DNA of 26,548 nucleotides from Spirulina sp. (GTDB lineage: Bacteria; Cyanobacteriota; Cyanobacteriia; Phormidesmidales; Phormidesmidaceae), in the NCBI GenBank assembly GCA_044070495.1, contig JBIPSI010000049.1:1-26548 (forward strand). The letters run 5' to 3'. This document shows positions 24,917 to 26,548 of this stretch, piece after piece (within the stretch, counting starts at the first letter, position 1; every line of letters starts with the position of its first letter). The translations under genes were made by a program, and so were the position numbers. The notes beneath the pieces were generated by a model. It was not told the origin of the DNA. It worked only from the letters and a program-made list of their open reading frames with translations, and searched no databases.

Positions 24917-26392
24917 ATGACCGCAATCCAACCCAAACCCACCGCCAAGCCCTACAGCCGCGAAGACTGGTGCAGCGGCTATCGCTCCCAGCCCAACGAA
25001 TATGGCTACTGGATTAGTGACATTGAGGGGGCCATCCCCACGGACCTAGAGGGCACCCTGTTTCGCAATGGGCCGGGGCTGCTGGATGTGGCGGGCTATC
25101 CGGTGAAGCACCCCTTCGATGGGGACGGCATGATTAGCAGCATTGCCATCAAGGATGGGCGGGCCTACTTCCGCAATCGCTTTGTGCGGACGGCGGGTTA
25201 TCTGGCGGAACAGCAGGCGAAAAAGCCCCTTTACCGAGGCGTGTTTGGCACCCAAAAGCCCGGTGGCCCCTTGGCTAACGCCTTTGACCTGAAGCTCAAA
25301 AATATCGCCAACACCAACATTATTTACTGGGCCGACCGCCTGCTGGCCCTGTGGGAAGCCGCCCCACCCCACCGACTGGATCCCGTTACCCTAGACACCT
25401 TTGGCCTGGATACGTTTAATGGCCTAATTGCCCCAGAGGGAGCCTTCACCGCTCACCCCAGGGTCGATCCCGGTCATCACGGACAGCCCCGTCTGGTGGG
25501 ATTTGCGGCCAAGGCTGGCCTTTCCAGCACCATCACCCTGTATGAACTGGATACCGCAGGCAACGCCCTGGCCCAGCACAGCCACACCATTCCCGGCTTT
25601 GCCTTCCTGCACGATTTCGCCCTCACCCCCAACTACGCCATCTTCTTCCAAAACCCGGTGAGCTTTGGGCCGCTGCCCTTTCTGCTGGGCTTTAAGGGGG
25701 CGGCGGAGTGCATTCGCTTTGACCCCAAACAGCCCACGAAAATCCTGGTCATTCCCCGCAACGGCACCGACCCCATGCAGGTGATCGACGCCGACCCCTG
25801 CTTTGTCTTCCACCACGCCAACGCCTTTGAGCAAGACGGCCAGTTGGTGATTGACTCCATCTGCTACGACGGCTTCCCCAGCCTGGAGGACAGCGCCGAC
25901 TATAAAACCGTGGACTTTGATAAGGTGCCTGCGGGCCAACTGTGGCGCTTTACGGTGGATCTAGCCCAGGGTAAAGCCAAGGTCGAGACCCTGATCTCCC
26001 GCTGCGTAGAATTCCCCACCCTGCACCCCGACCACATGGGCCGGGACTACCGCTACCTGTTCATCGGCACCACCCACGCCGACCAGGGCAACGCCCCCCT
26101 ACAAGCCCTGCTGAAATTGGACACCCACACGGGCCAAACCGAGGTCTGGAGTGCGGCCCCCCGTGGCTTTGCCGGAGAACCCCTATTTGTGCCCCGCCCC
26201 GCAGCCACTGTCGAGGATGAGGGCTGGGTGCTAATGCTGATGTACGACGCCGAACGGGGCTGTTCTGACCTGGTGATCCTCGATGCCCAGGCGATCAGCG
26301 CTGGCCCCATCGCCCGACTGAAGCTCTCCAACCATGTGCCCTACGGCCTGCACGGCAGCTTTGTGCCTCAATACTTTGGGCCTCAGGATTAG
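24917..26392 (+). CDS. Apocarotenoid-15,15'-oxygenase (carotenoid cleavage dioxygenase, Sll1541/Diox1 type)
   Basis: GTLFRNGPG, HPFDGDG and KNIANT motifs; four Fe-ligand His contexts (AHPR, LHDF, FHHAN, GLHG); EFP and GEPLFVP. Confidence 0.95.
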   Translation: MTAIQPKPTAKPYSREDWCSGYRSQPNEYGYWISDIEGAIPTDLEGTLFRNGPGLLDVAGYPVKHPFDGDGMISSIAIKDGRAYFRNRFVRTAGYLAEQQAKKPLYRGVFGTQKPGGPLANAFDLKLKNIANTNIIYWADRLLALWEAAPPHRLDPVTLDTFGLDTFNGLIAPEGAFTAHPRVDPGHHGQPRLVGFAAKAGLSSTITLYELDTAGNALAQHSHTIPGFAFLHDFALTPNYAIFFQNPVSFGPLPFLLGFKGAAECIRFDPKQPTKILVIPRNGTDPMQVIDADPCFVFHHANAFEQDGQLVIDSICYDGFPSLEDSADYKTVDFDKVPAGQLWRFTVDLAQGKAKVETLISRCVEFPTLHPDHMGRDYRYLFIGTTHADQGNAPLQALLKLDTHTGQTEVWSAAPRGFAGEPLFVPRPAATVEDEGWVLMLMYDAERGCSDLVILDAQAISAGPIARLKLSNHVPYGLHGSFVPQYFGPQD

Positions 26393-26449
26393 CGCCTAGA
26401 TGTCTAGCCCCTGCCTGCCTGACACAATGCCAAAAAGCCTTGATTTCTC

Positions 26450-26534
26450 GTAGGTTGGGTGGCGCGATAGCAGAACCCAACAAGCCTGAAATTCTCGGCG
26501 AGTATTGGGTTCCGCTGCGCCGCACCCAACCTAC
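26450..26534. repeat. Paired inverted GTAG-REP (BIME-like)
   Basis: GTAGGTTGGGT...AACCCAAC spacer TTGGGTTC...ACCCAACCTAC; the outer 11-bp arms are perfectly complementary. Confidence 0.85.
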
Positions 26535-26548
26535 TTTGGAGATGTGTC

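Overview
Chromosomal window from a GC-rich cyanobacterium. A filamentous Leptolyngbya/Nodosilinea-like strain is my inference from gene content and repeat style. It is mostly core genes: pepA, ccs1, an EcfT/Ycf92 membrane protein, a PabB/TrpE2-like chorismate enzyme, the conserved pipX-pipY-sepF-proC cluster, psbP-maf, exoD, gpx2, a Uma2 nuclease, a Nu-class GST, ftn6, a folate/biopterin transporter and apocarotenoid oxygenase. I found no CRISPR array, rRNA, tRNA, phage or intact transposase. The less ordinary signals are: (1) by manual count the HIP1 core CGATCG is absent although GATC is abundant, and CCTAGG is somewhat enriched; (2) an uncharacterised three-gene unit of TPR protein, DsbD_2 plus MsrQ-like fusion and a His/CxC exported protein, possibly an envelope metal-redox module; (3) nested mini-elements, with a MITE inserted into hairpin repeats in three places; (4) ACCAA(T/C)A heptamer arrays ending exactly at two start codons; (5) a predicted ~370-nt structured sepF leader with mutually exclusive pairings; (6) a DXCF cyanobacteriochrome-diguanylate cyclase; (7) a Tat amine oxidase cut off by a probable IS66-type end. 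All counts are by eye and all family assignments come from motif recognition, not database searches.
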